Part shown: positions 13,107-26,280 of the stretch, piece after piece
How positions within the stretch are numbered: the first letter of the stretch is position 1
How the letters are laid out: every line of letters starts with the position of its first letter
DNA from: Gnetum montanum
Lineage: Eukaryota; Plantae; Gnetophyta
DNA length: 64,000 bases
Assembly (NCBI GenBank): GCA_015680685.1
Contig: MNCI01001683.1
Span: 31,256 to 95,255, forward strand
Direction of reading: 5' to 3'
Notes under the pieces: model-generated
What the model saw: the letters and a program-made list of their open reading frames with translations, nothing else
What the model was told of the DNA's origin: nothing
Databases searched by the model: none
Program-made: the position numbers and the translations under genes

Positions 13107-14062
13107 TGATGAGTTGCATTTTTGGCTACATCTATGAGGCCTCATCAATGCAGCGTCATTGATTGGATCTTATCGACGAGGCCCCATCGATGCATCATTT
13201 CATGTGTCGATGAGGCCCTATTGATGCATTGTTTTATGTGTCAATGAGGCCCCATCGATGTAGTGTCTGCTTTTTGGCTATAAATACACATCCACTACTC
13301 ACATTTATGGCAATGAGATTTCAATAGTAGCAAAGCTCTTGTAGTTTGTTTATTGGAAAGTTAGAATATTTCTCCTGAGTGCCTATAGCAAGAGTCATTG
13401 AGTGTACGGATATTTATTCAAGCATTATTGTACTTGAGCATAGCAATGTGTGTAGCAATAAAGATGAACTTCGTGATAAACCTTGTAGCATTCTAAATAG
13501 ATTAAATATTTCATTTATGCATTTAATGTTTTCAATTAGTTATTCAATATTTTCCAATAATTAAGCTAATTAAGGTAATTAAGAAAGATAAATTAGATAG
13601 ATTAAATACATAAGTATGACCACTTCAAGCATAACATGTGTTCGCTTGGTAATCCTACTAGTGTTATTGCTTGGTACGCCCAGTAGCATAGTGCTTGGTA
13701 ACCCAATAGTGGGTATGTGGGTTCAGGATGTGTACGGAAAGTGGGACCTTATGCTTATGTTAAGACTACTTACGTATTAGTTTACTAGTTAAATTAAATT
13801 AGTTAATCCAATTACTTTATCTCTCTTTAAACACCAAAATAATAAAACATAAAACTATAAAAATCATGTGCCTCAATTACACTTAACCATACCATGTGCT
13901 TTCACAAGTCTAATTGGGAAGAAAACGAATGACCTTAGGGCAAGGTTCACTACCTAGAAGAATAATGCATTGGAAACTATAAAGTCTATGGAATTCGAGT
14001 GGATCACGCATGAATGCTTGTGATTCGTATGGTTGGACATAGGGGTACCTCACTGATCATCA
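13107..14062 (+). repeat. 5' LTR of element 2
   Basis: Aligns with 25383-26275; TATAAAT at ~13279; repeated GAGGCC-centred palindromes at 13131-13262. Confidence 0.92.
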
Positions 14063-14082
14063 TTGGTGCCATTGCCAGGGAC
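14063..14082 (+). promoter_or_regulatory. Primer-binding site (tRNA-Asp type) of element 2
   Basis: ttggtgccattgccagggac directly after the LTR end; resembles the Athila PBS TGGCGCCGTTGCCGGGGA. Confidence 0.8.
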
Positions 14083-14199
14083 TTTGTTTGTTGAAACATG
14101 TGCTATCTAAGATTAGTGAATATTATTGATATCATTGGACATCACTCTCAATGACATATAAACTACTAAGCATACTAATAATTTTATTTGTTTTGCAAA

Positions 14200-17100
14200 A
14201 TTTCTTCTTCTTCCCATAGACGTGAAGATGTCAAACTATCAATTCCACAAAAGTGCAAAGTGGGATATACTCATCTAGATGAGTATGTATTGAACTTCAC
14301 CTTCATCCTACATCAGGATGAATAGCTGCGATGGCGTGATATTGAGGGAAACATTATCTTGCCCCCTAATCAATCTATACTCAGGATGCTATTTCAAACT
14401 CTTAAGAAGTTAGGCATCTTGAATCTTCACAAGGAATAGATTGTGAGTGGTTATGACACTTAAGACTATCATCCCACTGAAACACAATGCAGGCGAGATC
14501 GACACCAAGAGCAATACGATGAATTTACAAAGGGGAAACACTTTAGTAATCCATTGTTCCTGCTAAACCAAGATGATGATGTGGATCCTTTTCTTGAGGA
14601 TCCTTAATATGAAAATTCTCCACCCTCTATTATTGGTGATGAGGGTGTGACCCTCACCCTGCAATCTGTTATTCATAAACTAGGTTTAGCAAAAAGTGAC
14701 AATCAAGGTAGGGACTTGGGTAAACATCATAATGGCAAGGGATCTAAGGATGGTGGTCGTAATGAATGAAGAGGTGGAGGTAGACATTACGGTGGCAGTG
14801 GCAGTGGCGGTCCATCTTCCTTTTCATCTTCTTCATCTAATTCTGAACATTCCTCTTCATCTTTTGGTTCTCATAGAAGTCGCTATCGAAATAATCATGA
14901 TGAAGGTAATCAACAAGACAATAATGATTGGGAAGGTCACCAAGATCGAAGGGGTAACTAAAACCATCATTAGTGTCATTGACACAGAGATGATGTTGAA
15001 CCTCTGTTGGTGACTCGAAGCATGCTCAACATTCTAGAGGTAGTAAAGATTCCAACTAGGCATGTGAGAGATAGCTAGATCAAGTGCTTAGACATGAATA
15101 ATATCCTAAGATTTGAGGGGGGATACAACTCTGATCCATAGACACATCTACAAGATTTCCATGATGCCTATGCCTTACAGAATATAGAAAATGAGTGGCA
15201 AAAACTTAAGCTTTTTTCCAAGACACTCATCAAGGAAGCTGAAAGTTGGTACTGGTCCTTGGAACCAGAATCCATTTGTCAATGGAGTACCATGTTAGAG
15301 CTATTTAATGACAAATACTAGATGTACTCTAGAGTGTCTAATCTGAGAAGGCAAATTCAAGGCTAGAAACAGGGAAAAACTTCACCACATCATAGATTGG
15401 CTTAGAGCATAAACTAGAAGAACTCTTGGGATGTATGCCTAAGAGAGATTGTCTAAATTGAGAGCTCATTAGATACAAAGTCTAATAGATCAGGTAGCAA
15501 AAGAAGAAGGTGAGTTGTGAATAAGGGAAAGTGCAAAAGAATATAATAGGAACCCTTCCATTAGGAAATGAGAAGTCCAATTTTGTGATGAGGAGGAGTC
15601 ACCACTCGATAAAGTGGTGAACAAAAAAACCTTGCCCATCCAAAAATCTATTTTCGATATTTTGGTAAAGGTTGATAAATTATGGGACTCTTTGGATGAA
15701 ACACTCCAAGCTACTATGAAGATTGCTGAAGGATCCAAAGAGCAAAATAGTGATCGCAATTGCAGGAGGCGAAAAGAAGTTGAGCGGGCTTATCAAAGAG
15801 GTAAGGGCAAAGCTGCTACCGTAGAGAAAGTTGTGGAAGCCAACTTTGATGATGAAACTAATTGTGAAATTTGTTAATATGAACATCCAAAGGGTTGTTT
15901 CCTTATGGTTTCACACTTACAAGAGTCTAGGGTATATGCATTGAATCCTCGACTAGCACATAAGCAAGCACCTAGATAATTTCCTTATCCTCAAGGCAAT
16001 CCAAGGCAATTCCATCAACAACAACAAGCTTACTACCATAGTAGAACTCCACCACAACCATATGAACAATACCAATAGTGGCACCAATCACAATCATGGG
16101 GAATGCCACCGCCAAGGTAGCAGTACCCTTATAATCAACTAGATCCATACAGGTACTATGATTAGCAACCTGTCTCTCCAAGAATTTCTATAAGTCATAC
16201 CTTATTTAAGCATCACTATTATCCTCTAGAGTACCACTGAACACATTCACCATCTATGTAAGGAGAAAACCCATATCCATACCATCCTTTGCATCTATCT
16301 ACACATACACCTTTGACTTCAACCTAGTTATCTCCTACTCCATCTATGTAGGGTGAGATTCCTCCATAACTGTAACAACAAAATGCTACAAGGGCTGTAC
16401 ATTTACAATCAACTTTCTAGCTGAGTGGTTCAGACAATTGATCCAGAAAAGATCCTTCTTTTGACCCAGCAGTCATCTCCAACCCTCATAACCTAGTACA
16501 GCTAATTACCCTGCATCTCTGGTACCCTCATCCTCTACATCAAATACCTTCGAGTGCCCTTCAAACCAAGAACCACCTTAGATCTACACTATGATGCTAA
16601 CTCATGTTGTTTCCGATTGGATCAATGCTGGATATCTTCCCATGAAAAGATCTGACCTAGGAAGTCCACTCATTTACCTACAGATTGCTAGACATGAACC
16701 ATGTAAGGCTCTTCTTGACTCTGGTTTTAGTGTCAATCTCATCTCCCATGACATGTATAATGCATGGAACCTACCACCTCTTAAGAAGAGCAACATCCAT
16801 CTAGAATTGGCATATTAGTCAATTATTGTCCCTCTGGGATCAGTAGAGGACATTGTGATCACAGTTTGTGGGTGGTCCTATTCTACTAATTTTTTGGTGA
16901 TCAAGGTTGAAAATTGCAAAAGTGACTTCCCCATCATTATTGGAAGAGCTTGGTTAAGCACGATTGATGCACATATGGGCATAAGGAACCTCTCTTTGGA
17001 AATCTCCAAGGAAAATGAATTTAGTAAGATAGAGAAGAAGCATATTCCATGCATCATGTATAGTGATAATGGCTGTAATTGCGTGCAAGAGATTTGGACC

Positions 17101-20100
17101 ATAAAAAGTACATTCATTAAAATATGAAATCAATGTGCATAAGAAATCAATATTCAAAGGTGTCTATACGCAGTAGCCACAAAATAGGAGGGCACCTAGT
17201 GGCTAATAGCTGACTTAGATGGTAGCACATTATGCATGGAACCAACTGAGAGCCTAACATGTGCTTATGTTGAAGGCATGGATGAACTTGAACAAGTTCA
17301 TCCCTAACTCTCTAATGAAGATGATGATACCTATTGGGGACAGTTGGAAATCCTTAATAACTTTGAGTAGAAGCCCTTAGAGTTGAAAAATCTACTAACT
17401 GGCATGGAATATGCATTTTTAAACAATGATAAACTAGTCATAATTAATTCCAAACTTGCTCATGAACAAAAAGAAAAGTTGTTAAAGGTGGTTAACAAAT
17501 GGTCAACAGCCTTTGTTTGGTCATATCCCAAGCTAACTAAAATTGGTCCAGGGATATGCCAGCATCACATTTACACCAACCTAGCCATGAAGCCAAGAAG
17601 GTAGCCACAAAGATGGCTAAATCCCAAATTAAAGCAGATCATCAAGGAGTAAATTGAACAACTCCTCAAGGTGGGGTTCATCTATCCCATTGTGGACAGT
17701 GAGAGAATTAGCCCACTCATAATTGTGCCAAAGAAAAGTGGTAAGTGGAAAGTCTACATCAACTTCAAGCTCTTGAACATGGCAACATTTAAAGATCATT
17801 TTCCATTGCCATTTGTTGACCAAGTGTTGAACACCATCTCTAGGCATTGCTATTATAGCTTCTTGAATGGTTATAGTGGTTATAAGCAAATCAAAATTGC
17901 ACTAGAAGATCAGGCAAAGACAACATTCACAAGTCCTTAGGGGACTTTTGCATATTGTAAGATGCCATTTGGTCTATGCAATGCCTCTACAACATTTCAA
18001 TGCTTGGTCCTTAGTATTTTCCAATCACAGATCGGTGATGGTGTGGAAGTCTTCATGGATGACTTTTCCACCTATGGAGCTATGTTTGAGCAAGCCTTGG
18101 ATTGCCTTGAGCAAGTACTAAAGAGATGTGTTGAAACAAACCTACGGTTCAAGTAGCAAAAGAGCCATCTTATGATCCAAGAAGGCATTGTACTAAGGCA
18201 TAGAATTACTCAAATAGGGATTGAGGTAGACCTAAAAAAGATAAGGGTCATCCAAGGAATAACATGCTAGCCAGAGAGTTAAATATGTTTGATTATTCCA
18301 TGGACACACTAGATACTATTAGCAATTCATAGAGAATTTTTCTAAGATCACAAAATCATTGGTAGAGCTTACAAAGAAAGATGCACCTTTCATCTGGACT
18401 AAGGAATGTAAACATGCATTCCAATAGTTAAAGGAGAAACTCATAGAAATACCAATCTTATAGGCACTAGACTAGTCTAGATCCTCCCACATCATGATAG
18501 AAGCATCTAACTATGCCTTGGGAGCAGTGCTCATGTAGTTAGATGATAAGAAATGTCCATACTACATCCACTGTGTAAGCCAAAGCATTGTGGAAGCACA
18601 ATTAAATTACACCACCATGAAAAAAAGAACTACTGGCCATGGCGTATTCTCTTGAGAAGTTCAAGCACTATGTGCTTGGCTACAAAGTATTTGTGCACAC
18701 AAATCATAGTGCAATTTGCTTCCTCATGAACAAGCCAGCGGTGAGCCCTCGTATCATACGGTGGCTCATCATCTTATAGACATTCGATCTCACAATGGTA
18801 GATCGAAAAGGGACTAAGAATGTGGTCTCTCACCACCTCTCTTGCTTAAGATGGGATAAGAAAGAGGAGGAGAGCCTGCTCTCTGATTAGTTTCTAGATG
18901 AACTTCTCTTTACAGAAGCACTAAATGACCAAATACCCATAAAAATAACCTAGCATAATGGCATCCTCACCTATCTTCTCACTCAAAAGATGCCATAAGA
19001 TCTTGACTTTAAAAAGAGGCAATAATTTCTTCATCAGGCTAAATACATCATGGAAATCAATAGACATCTTTACAAGGTGTGCATTGATGGCCTAATTCGT
19101 TGGTGTGTCCCTGAGGAAGATCAACTGCATATTCTCCAGGATGCTAATGAAGGACCTTGTAGAGGCCACTATGTAGGGAGATACATGGCCATAAAAATCC
19201 TAATGGCAGGATACTATTGGCCTACAATCTTCAGGGATGCCCACCAATTTGTTCAATCTTGTGAATGTTGTCAATCAGATGGGGGGATGATCGCTCGAAT
19301 GGAAGGTCCTAAACAATGGATTCAACCATTGGAACCTTTTGACATATGGGGCATTAACTTCATGGATTCCATCACACCCATGTCTAATGGAAAGGCATAT
19401 ATCATTGTAGCAGTCAACTACTACAAAAAATGAGCAAAAGTGGTAGTTGTTACTGATTCTACATCATCCACTGTTGCTAGATTTATACAACAAAATATTG
19501 TAAATAGGTTTTGGGGGGTGCCATGTGCACTAATTTTTTACAATGGAACCCATTTCATAGGTGCCACTTTTAGAAAGTTAATGCAATGCTTGGGGGTTGA
19601 ACATAAATTAACAACACCCTATCATCCCCAACCCAATGCTCAAGCAGAGATAACCAACTGGGATATCACAAAAATACTTACACAGACCATTAGCAAATAT
19701 AGGAAAGATTGGAGTATAAAACTCAATAATATCCTCTAGGCCTACCATTCAACATGGAAACTTCCTATTGGCTACACTCCCTATGAGTTGGTGTACGGAA
19801 AGCTTTCAATGCTCCTGATTCAATCTAAGCTTTGTACACTCTCAACAACTTATGATCTAGATTTTGACCTAAGTATAACACAGAAAGAAAGATTGATCAA
19901 CCTGAATATGCTAGATAAAAATGGATTAGTGGCCCTATCTTTGACCAAGGTGCACAAGGCATTCAACAAGCAATGTCATGACCTAAGAATAGGAAAGGTA
20001 AAACTTCAACCAAAAGATAAGGTTCTCTATTGGAATCCCACACATGTATCCCAAAAGAAAAAATTCCAAACATTGTGGAAGGGACCTTATATAATTGATA

Positions 20101-20280
20101 AAAAATTTCCCTTAAGGGCCAAATAAAAAGTAGTTGGTCAACATCCAATAAGTAAAACCTTTCCTCAAACCAAGATAGACCAGTGTGACTACCACCTCAA
20201 CGGATGGACAACCATGTTCCATTTTTTGGATCTTCTCTTTCCAACTCAGTCATGGGGGAGATGGCCATCTATGCTAATGA
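14200..20280 (+). pseudogene. gag-pol of element 2, heavily disrupted
   Basis: PR: ALLDSGFSVNLI. RT: ISPLIIVPKKSGKWKV, MPFGLCNA, VFMDDF. INT: GHYVGRYMAIKILMAGYYWPTIFRDAHQFVQSCECCQ, EPFDIWGINF, TTPYHPQ. Confidence 0.92.
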
Positions 20281-22285
20281 TCCATATTGCTTCCAATTTT
20301 TCTACTTTTTAGTTTTCATGTTTTTGATTTTACAAGTTGTTTATTTTACAAATTTTTGATTTTCAAATTTTTCTAATTTTACACCATCGTTAGTACCTCT
20401 AAACCTTTCTTGGTTATTTTACACTTTCTTATATATTTTACTTTGTTTTGTTTTGTTCAAGTGTGAATTTTCATTATTTTTGCTAATAAAAGTGCTTTAT
20501 TGCCACAAGACGCAGTGCCACTATTGTTGTTTACTAATGATGGTTTGTGCTTAATGTTGTGATGGTTGATGTTTGGTTTTATTTTTGAATTTTGATGTTT
20601 GATGATAATGACATGATTTATTTTTCATGGAATAGGCACCAAGTCCACATCATCTACTCATCCAATAAACTCTATGGTTTTCCTTGTTCTAGGAATTTGA
20701 GGTCCCTTCCATTAAAGAAATTTTTAATCAATCAATGACCTTGGTAGTTCTGGAATTATGAAGGATTCAAAGGTTTGTAAAGGGTATGAATTCAAGGGGA
20801 CTCAATCCTCTTTGTACTCTTCTACTTACTTGAGTGATTGAGTATTTTTCATGGACTTCTTACCATTCCATTTCAACCACTAATAGGAAGTCAAATAAAG
20901 TATTTGCATAGTGTGGTTCCCATCCAAAAATTCAAAAAGAAAACATGATGGGAATTTAAAGCATACCCCTTAGACAAATAAATGGGCTACAAGCACTAGC
21001 TATGGAACTAGAAAGACATGCACTCACTTCCTACTTCTCTCTTTTCTTCCCTTTATGGAATGATGATTATTTTGTGGAAGCACTCTTGTGTCTTGAGTGG
21101 GTGGATAGGTCTAAGAGTGGTGATGCGAAGTCATTGAAAGCAACTAGTTTTAGTTTGGACTAAGGATGAATCTTCTTAGGTCATTTTAAACACAAATACC
21201 ACAAGGGACTTCTTATGACCTCAATTCAGAATTCCATTCTACCTTCTCCATCATCCATCCATGCTACCATAACTCATCTCACTACCGAGTTCTATGTTAT
21301 GCTCTATGTATTTGTCTAATGTGTTTGAATTCTTAGATAGATTCTTTTTGGTTGGGCCTTAACTTTTCATGACCATTAATCAACTATGGGGGTCCACAAA
21401 CTCCTTAGTTGAGGTTATGCAAGGGCAACAAGGGCATGAGCCTACTATGGGGAGGATCCACTTGCATATCTCTTGGTTTGGTTAGTTAGGTTCCTTACCT
21501 TAGACATTGCTATAATCCTATCTTTTGCATATTCCATTCTGTATTCTGCTCAATGCTCCTTAACCTTTTATTCCATTCATCCCTTGAATCATTTTTTTCA
21601 ATTTTCCAAATTTATGAGCTCCAACACCCTCTTCTCATATTTCCATACTGTTCATGGCCTTTTGAGATTTCATTTGATCCCAATTTCATTCAAAAATTCC
21701 TTGTGTTTTACAAGTTTGACCAAACTCAATGGTCATCTATGGTGGTCAATAGCTACATTGACAAGGCCCCGTCAATGTAGCCAATCGTGTTGACGAGGCC
21801 TTGTCAACATAACCCAAAAACTCTATATATACCATCACAAACTTTGAAATTTTTAGCATTTGCCTCATAACACATGAGCAGTTTTTGCCATTTTTCAAAG
21901 CCCAAAACTTTCTAGAGCCCTTAACTTTCCAACCGTTTGTCCAAATAACTCCGTTCTTCTATCCTATAGTTACCATAGGTAAGCTCTTTATTATGGGGGC
22001 TACAAACCTTAACGTTTTTGATGAAATTTTCAAAATTTTTGGAACTCTCCCAAATGGTTAATAAATTTAGCAATATGCAAACATCAATTTTTTCGAGAGT
22101 TAACCCTTTCAACAACCTTTCAGATGATTTATTAATAATAACACATAAATAAAATAATGATTAAAGTAATTAAATTAGCCATAATCATAACTTAGCCAAG
22201 TGTAACTATCCTAAAGAGATAAAGGTATCCAAATTGCTTCATGTTACACAAAAATTGTTGATCCATGGTCTTATTGTGATTACAA

Positions 22286-25140
22286 ATGGCACTAAGACCA
22301 AAACGCCCACATGAAGGAGAACCCTCTCAACCAAGGGAGAAATGGCCCAAAGATGGAAGGGGCCAACATGAACAAGCTCAAGAACCACCAAAGGAAACTC
22401 ATGCAATGGGACCTCTTCATGAGGAGCCCAAAGTGGAATCTATTTGACAGATTCCAAAAGAAGAAGTGTCAATAGAGCAATCACAGCAATGGGAAGCACT
22501 GGGACCCATGCCAAGACTTGAAGTCACTTTAACTCAAACTTTCCTTGACAGTCTTGAGAGATTCAATGTTTAGTTCTCCAAGAACTAAACTTTAGGACAT
22601 TTCTAGAGAAAGCTCCAGCAAAAGCCAAAACACAATTGCAAACCTCTCCCATGTGGCCAATCATCACATCTAGTGAAGAATGGTACATGGGAGAGACACA
22701 TCTCTTTTGGAACAATAGAAGGCTATGGTCCACAATAAAAATCAAGGATATTCAAGTGTCCTACTCACCTGAGGCTATCGTGTAGGCACTAGGGTTGCCT
22801 GATATTGGAACACAGTTGGCAAAGTTATCAACACAAGGTGATCCTAAGGCCAAAAAGGAGTGGACTCAATGGTGTTTCAAGGTTGATCATAAGGAGTTCG
22901 ACATGCTCACACCAGCAGAGTGCATCTACTTCAAGATCGACACTTATCACATCAATCCAATGGTGAGGCCTAGCAAGGCAACTATCTTTTCCACATGAGC
23001 ATGTGCCACTCTAAGCAGGAGATTTCCTATAAACCTTCCATAACTGATCTATTTAAAGATTGAAAAGCATTTCAAGGAAAATGAATGTGGTAGGAAAACC
23101 CTACCCTTTCCATGCTTCATTTGGAAACTCTACAAAAAGTGTAGGAATCATTTGCTATGCCAACAACACAATTAGACATGCTCCTTTGGCTTCATGGTCT
23201 GAAATCATGAAAGAAAAGACACCTACCATAACTAAAGAAGAGGAGCAGTTGCCACCTCCATCGCCTACTCAAGAAACAACATCAGAGGCTTGCGCAGCCA
23301 TTAAGCATTTTCACAAAATCCGAAAGTATCTTTTGCATGAGTAGGAGTAGTGTGGAAGGACGAGTAGTGTGGACCCATCTATGTATCAACTAGCAATGAG
23401 TCACCTTAATGAGGTAGCTCAAGCAATTAGTCAAATGAAAGGGGATGGACCAATATTCCCTACCCAATGAATGCAGTTGCCTGTGAGGTCTAATCCCAAT
23501 GCTTGAGAGGTGACGATGTCATTATCACACTACCATTTATTCCCAGAAATCTCTAGGAATTCCATCTCTTTCTGGATGCATTTGGAGGAAGGTAAAGGGG
23601 CCATTGGACTGGTGATGCAACACCAAGGCCAAGAGATTGTGTCTGAAGTAGTTGATGACCACATCATTGAAGCACTTAATGCACCTATGACATCTATACC
23701 AAATGTATCTGCACTTCGAGATGTGTAGATGTTTGTAGGCATGGTTAGCAAAAAATTGAATGAGGCCCAACATGAAGACTTGCTAGATTAACTAGTAGGG
23801 ACTGGGCAACTAATTCTAGATATCTTTGATTTTTCATATAACATCACCACAACCTAGTGGGAGTTACTGGAAGTAAAGGGCAAATGCATCATCTTGAAGG
23901 GGCAACTTGAAATGGCTCAAGTACAAAATCAACGCTTGGCCACGAAGGTTGCCAAATTACTTGCTCGTCTTGCTGATCTTGCATTCCTTATCCTGACAAT
24001 AACTAGAGATGAAGCTTTCCAATAACTTTAAGAATGATTCAAGAAGGTTGAGGAGAAAGTCGTGGTGGCCATCTTTAACCACTCTATATCATAGGTGAAG
24101 ACATATTCAATTCAGAAGGACTTGGTTTAGATGCACCAAGAGAATGAAGAACTGACCATAGAAAATCATCGCCTACACAATGTTGATGTCAAAAAAGAAC
24201 AAATGCAAGAATTCATTCATCAACAGTAGGAGCAGCTAGCTAGGATGAATATTGAATTAAGGAAATTGGCCACATAAAATTGAAATCTGTCTATGGAAGA
24301 AGGTCATGGCTTACACCAAAAATTTACTATTAAGATTGTCGACTATAAAAATGAAGCTTTGAAGTTTTAAAAAGTTAAAAATTACTATAGAGACCAGGTT
24401 GGCTTGTAGAAGGAAGTAAATAAGAAGCACATCTAGATGGGAAAGGCAAAAATAAATGAAGCTCTCCAGCAACTTCAACAAGGAAAAGAAGTATGGTAGT
24501 CCATCATTCATGGGATTGATGTCTACAATAAAGCAGAGATCTATTTAAAGGAGTTGCAGATAGAAGAGATAATAGAATACATGGAGTGGACCAATCTATG
24601 CTATGTGAACTTGGCAATGTTGACTACTGGACAACCATAGTCAGAGTTACAAAAACAAGTGGCTAGCTCATATTTGCTATGCGAGGCAAAGTTTAAACAC
24701 CATAAAGACACTAAGCAGAAGCTTGAGACTACAAATGTTAAACTCAAAGTTCTCAAAGCATGATTCACAGATCAACGATCAACTGTTGAGAACTTAGCCA
24801 AAAGAATGAATGATTATCAGGAGCTGAAGGATGTAGTTAGAGTGTTCGACATTAAATGCAAACAATTTTCCACCTAGTTTATCAATGTAAAGGAGTTGTT
24901 TCCAACAATCCCATGTCCTTGGGATGTGCTCGTTCCAAGCCACATTGGTGAAGCTGTGTGGACGATGCATGATCCTCGAAGTAAGGAGAAGAAAATGAAA
25001 GCATTGCTAGATGCTTTTTGCCTCCCACTAGAAGTTGCAACAACAAGAAGATTGCCATAGTCACCTCGATTACCGCACATGCTTGAAGCTAATGAAGGTT
25101 CCTCAGAACCTCAAGAGCCACCACCACCTAGGCCTGTCTG
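22286..25140 (+). pseudogene. Extra 'env-like' ORF of element 2 (plant transposon accessory domain plus long coiled-coil region), degenerate
   Basis: ATG at 22286 (MALRPKRPHEGEPSQ). Motifs IKDIQVSYSPEAIV*ALGLPDIG, RRFPINLP*LIYLKI and TLPFPCFIWKLYKKC resemble Athila accessory ORFs. E/K/Q/L-rich heptad-like stretch at ~23850-24850. The end coordinate is approximate. Confidence 0.7.
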
Positions 25141-25382
25141 ATCTTCTCCATCAAACTTCATGCCATCAAGGAACATGCTATCCAATTTTGAAGAATCATG
25201 TCATGGTGTTCAATTTTGTGTCATGAACACCATCATTTTTGTAATGTGTTGATCCGTACACTTAGGCATTCTATTTTTGTCAAGTTAGTTTATTTTGTTT
25301 GTGAAGGGTCAATCAATAATCTCATACCTTCCCAATTTTGTAAAAGAACTCAAGGATGGGTTTTTATTCAGTCATAGGGGTA

Positions 25383-26275
25383 TGATGAGTCACATTTTTG
25401 GCCGCGTCAACGAGGCCTTTTCAACTGGGTCTTGTCGATGAGGCCCCATCAATGCATAATTTCATGTATTGATGTATCATTTGCTTTTTAGCTATAAATA
25501 CATGTCCACTAGCCACATTTATGGCAACGAGATTTCAGTAGTACTAGAGCTCTTCCAACTTATTTATTGAAAAGTTAGAATATTTCTCCTAAGTGCCCGC
25601 AACAAGAGTCATTGAGTGTATGGATCTTTATTCAAGCATTGTTGTACTTGAGCATGACAGTGTGTACGACAATAAAGATGAACTTTGTGATAAACCTTGT
25701 AGCAATCTAGATAGATTAAATATTTTATTTATGCATTTAATGTTTTCAATTAATTATTCAATATTTTCTAGTAATTAAGCTAATTAATGTAATTAAGAAA
25801 GATAATTTAGATAGATTAAATACATAAGTATGACCACTTCGAGCATAACATGTATTCGCTTGGTAATCCTAGCAACATTCTTGCTTGGTACACCCAGTAG
25901 CGTAGTGCTTGGTAACCCAACAATAGATACATGGGTTCAGGACATGTACAGAAAGTGGAACCAAATGCTTATGTTAGGACTGCTTAGGTATTAGTTAATT
26001 AGTTAAATTAAATTAGCTAATCCAATTACTTTATCTCTCTTTAAACACCAAAACCATAAAACATAAAACTATAAAAATCATATGCCTCAATTACACTTAA
26101 CCATACCATGTGCTTCATAAGTGTAATTGGGAAGACAATGAATGACCTTAGGGTAAGGTTCACTACCTAGAAGACTAGTGCACCGAAAACTATAAAGTCT
26201 GTGAAATTCAATCGAATCTCACATGAACGCCTGTGATTCATATGACTGGGCGTAGGGGTACCTCGTTGCTCATCA
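25383..26275 (+). repeat. 3' LTR of element 2
   Basis: Direct repeat of 13107-14062 (the ORF-track peptides 13379 and 25593 are near-identical), preceded by cataggggta. Confidence 0.92.
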
Positions 26276-26280
26276 ATATA

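Larger units (their letters stand above)
13107..26275 (+). mobile_element. Athila-like Ty3/gypsy LTR retrotransposon 2, full-length but degenerate, with an extra 3' ORF
   Basis: LTRs 13107-14062 and 25383-26275 (TGATGAG...CATCA). TSD GTATA/ATATA (13102-13106, 26276-26280); the empty site ttggtatagtcc is seen at ~27131. PBS follows the 5' LTR. gag-pol is homologous to element 1. Confidence 0.95.

Noticed and set aside
13131-13262. CRISPR-like spacing of short palindromic repeats
   Set aside because: Eukaryotic LTR context, the spacers are similar to each other, and there are no cas genes; reported instead as LTR motifs.
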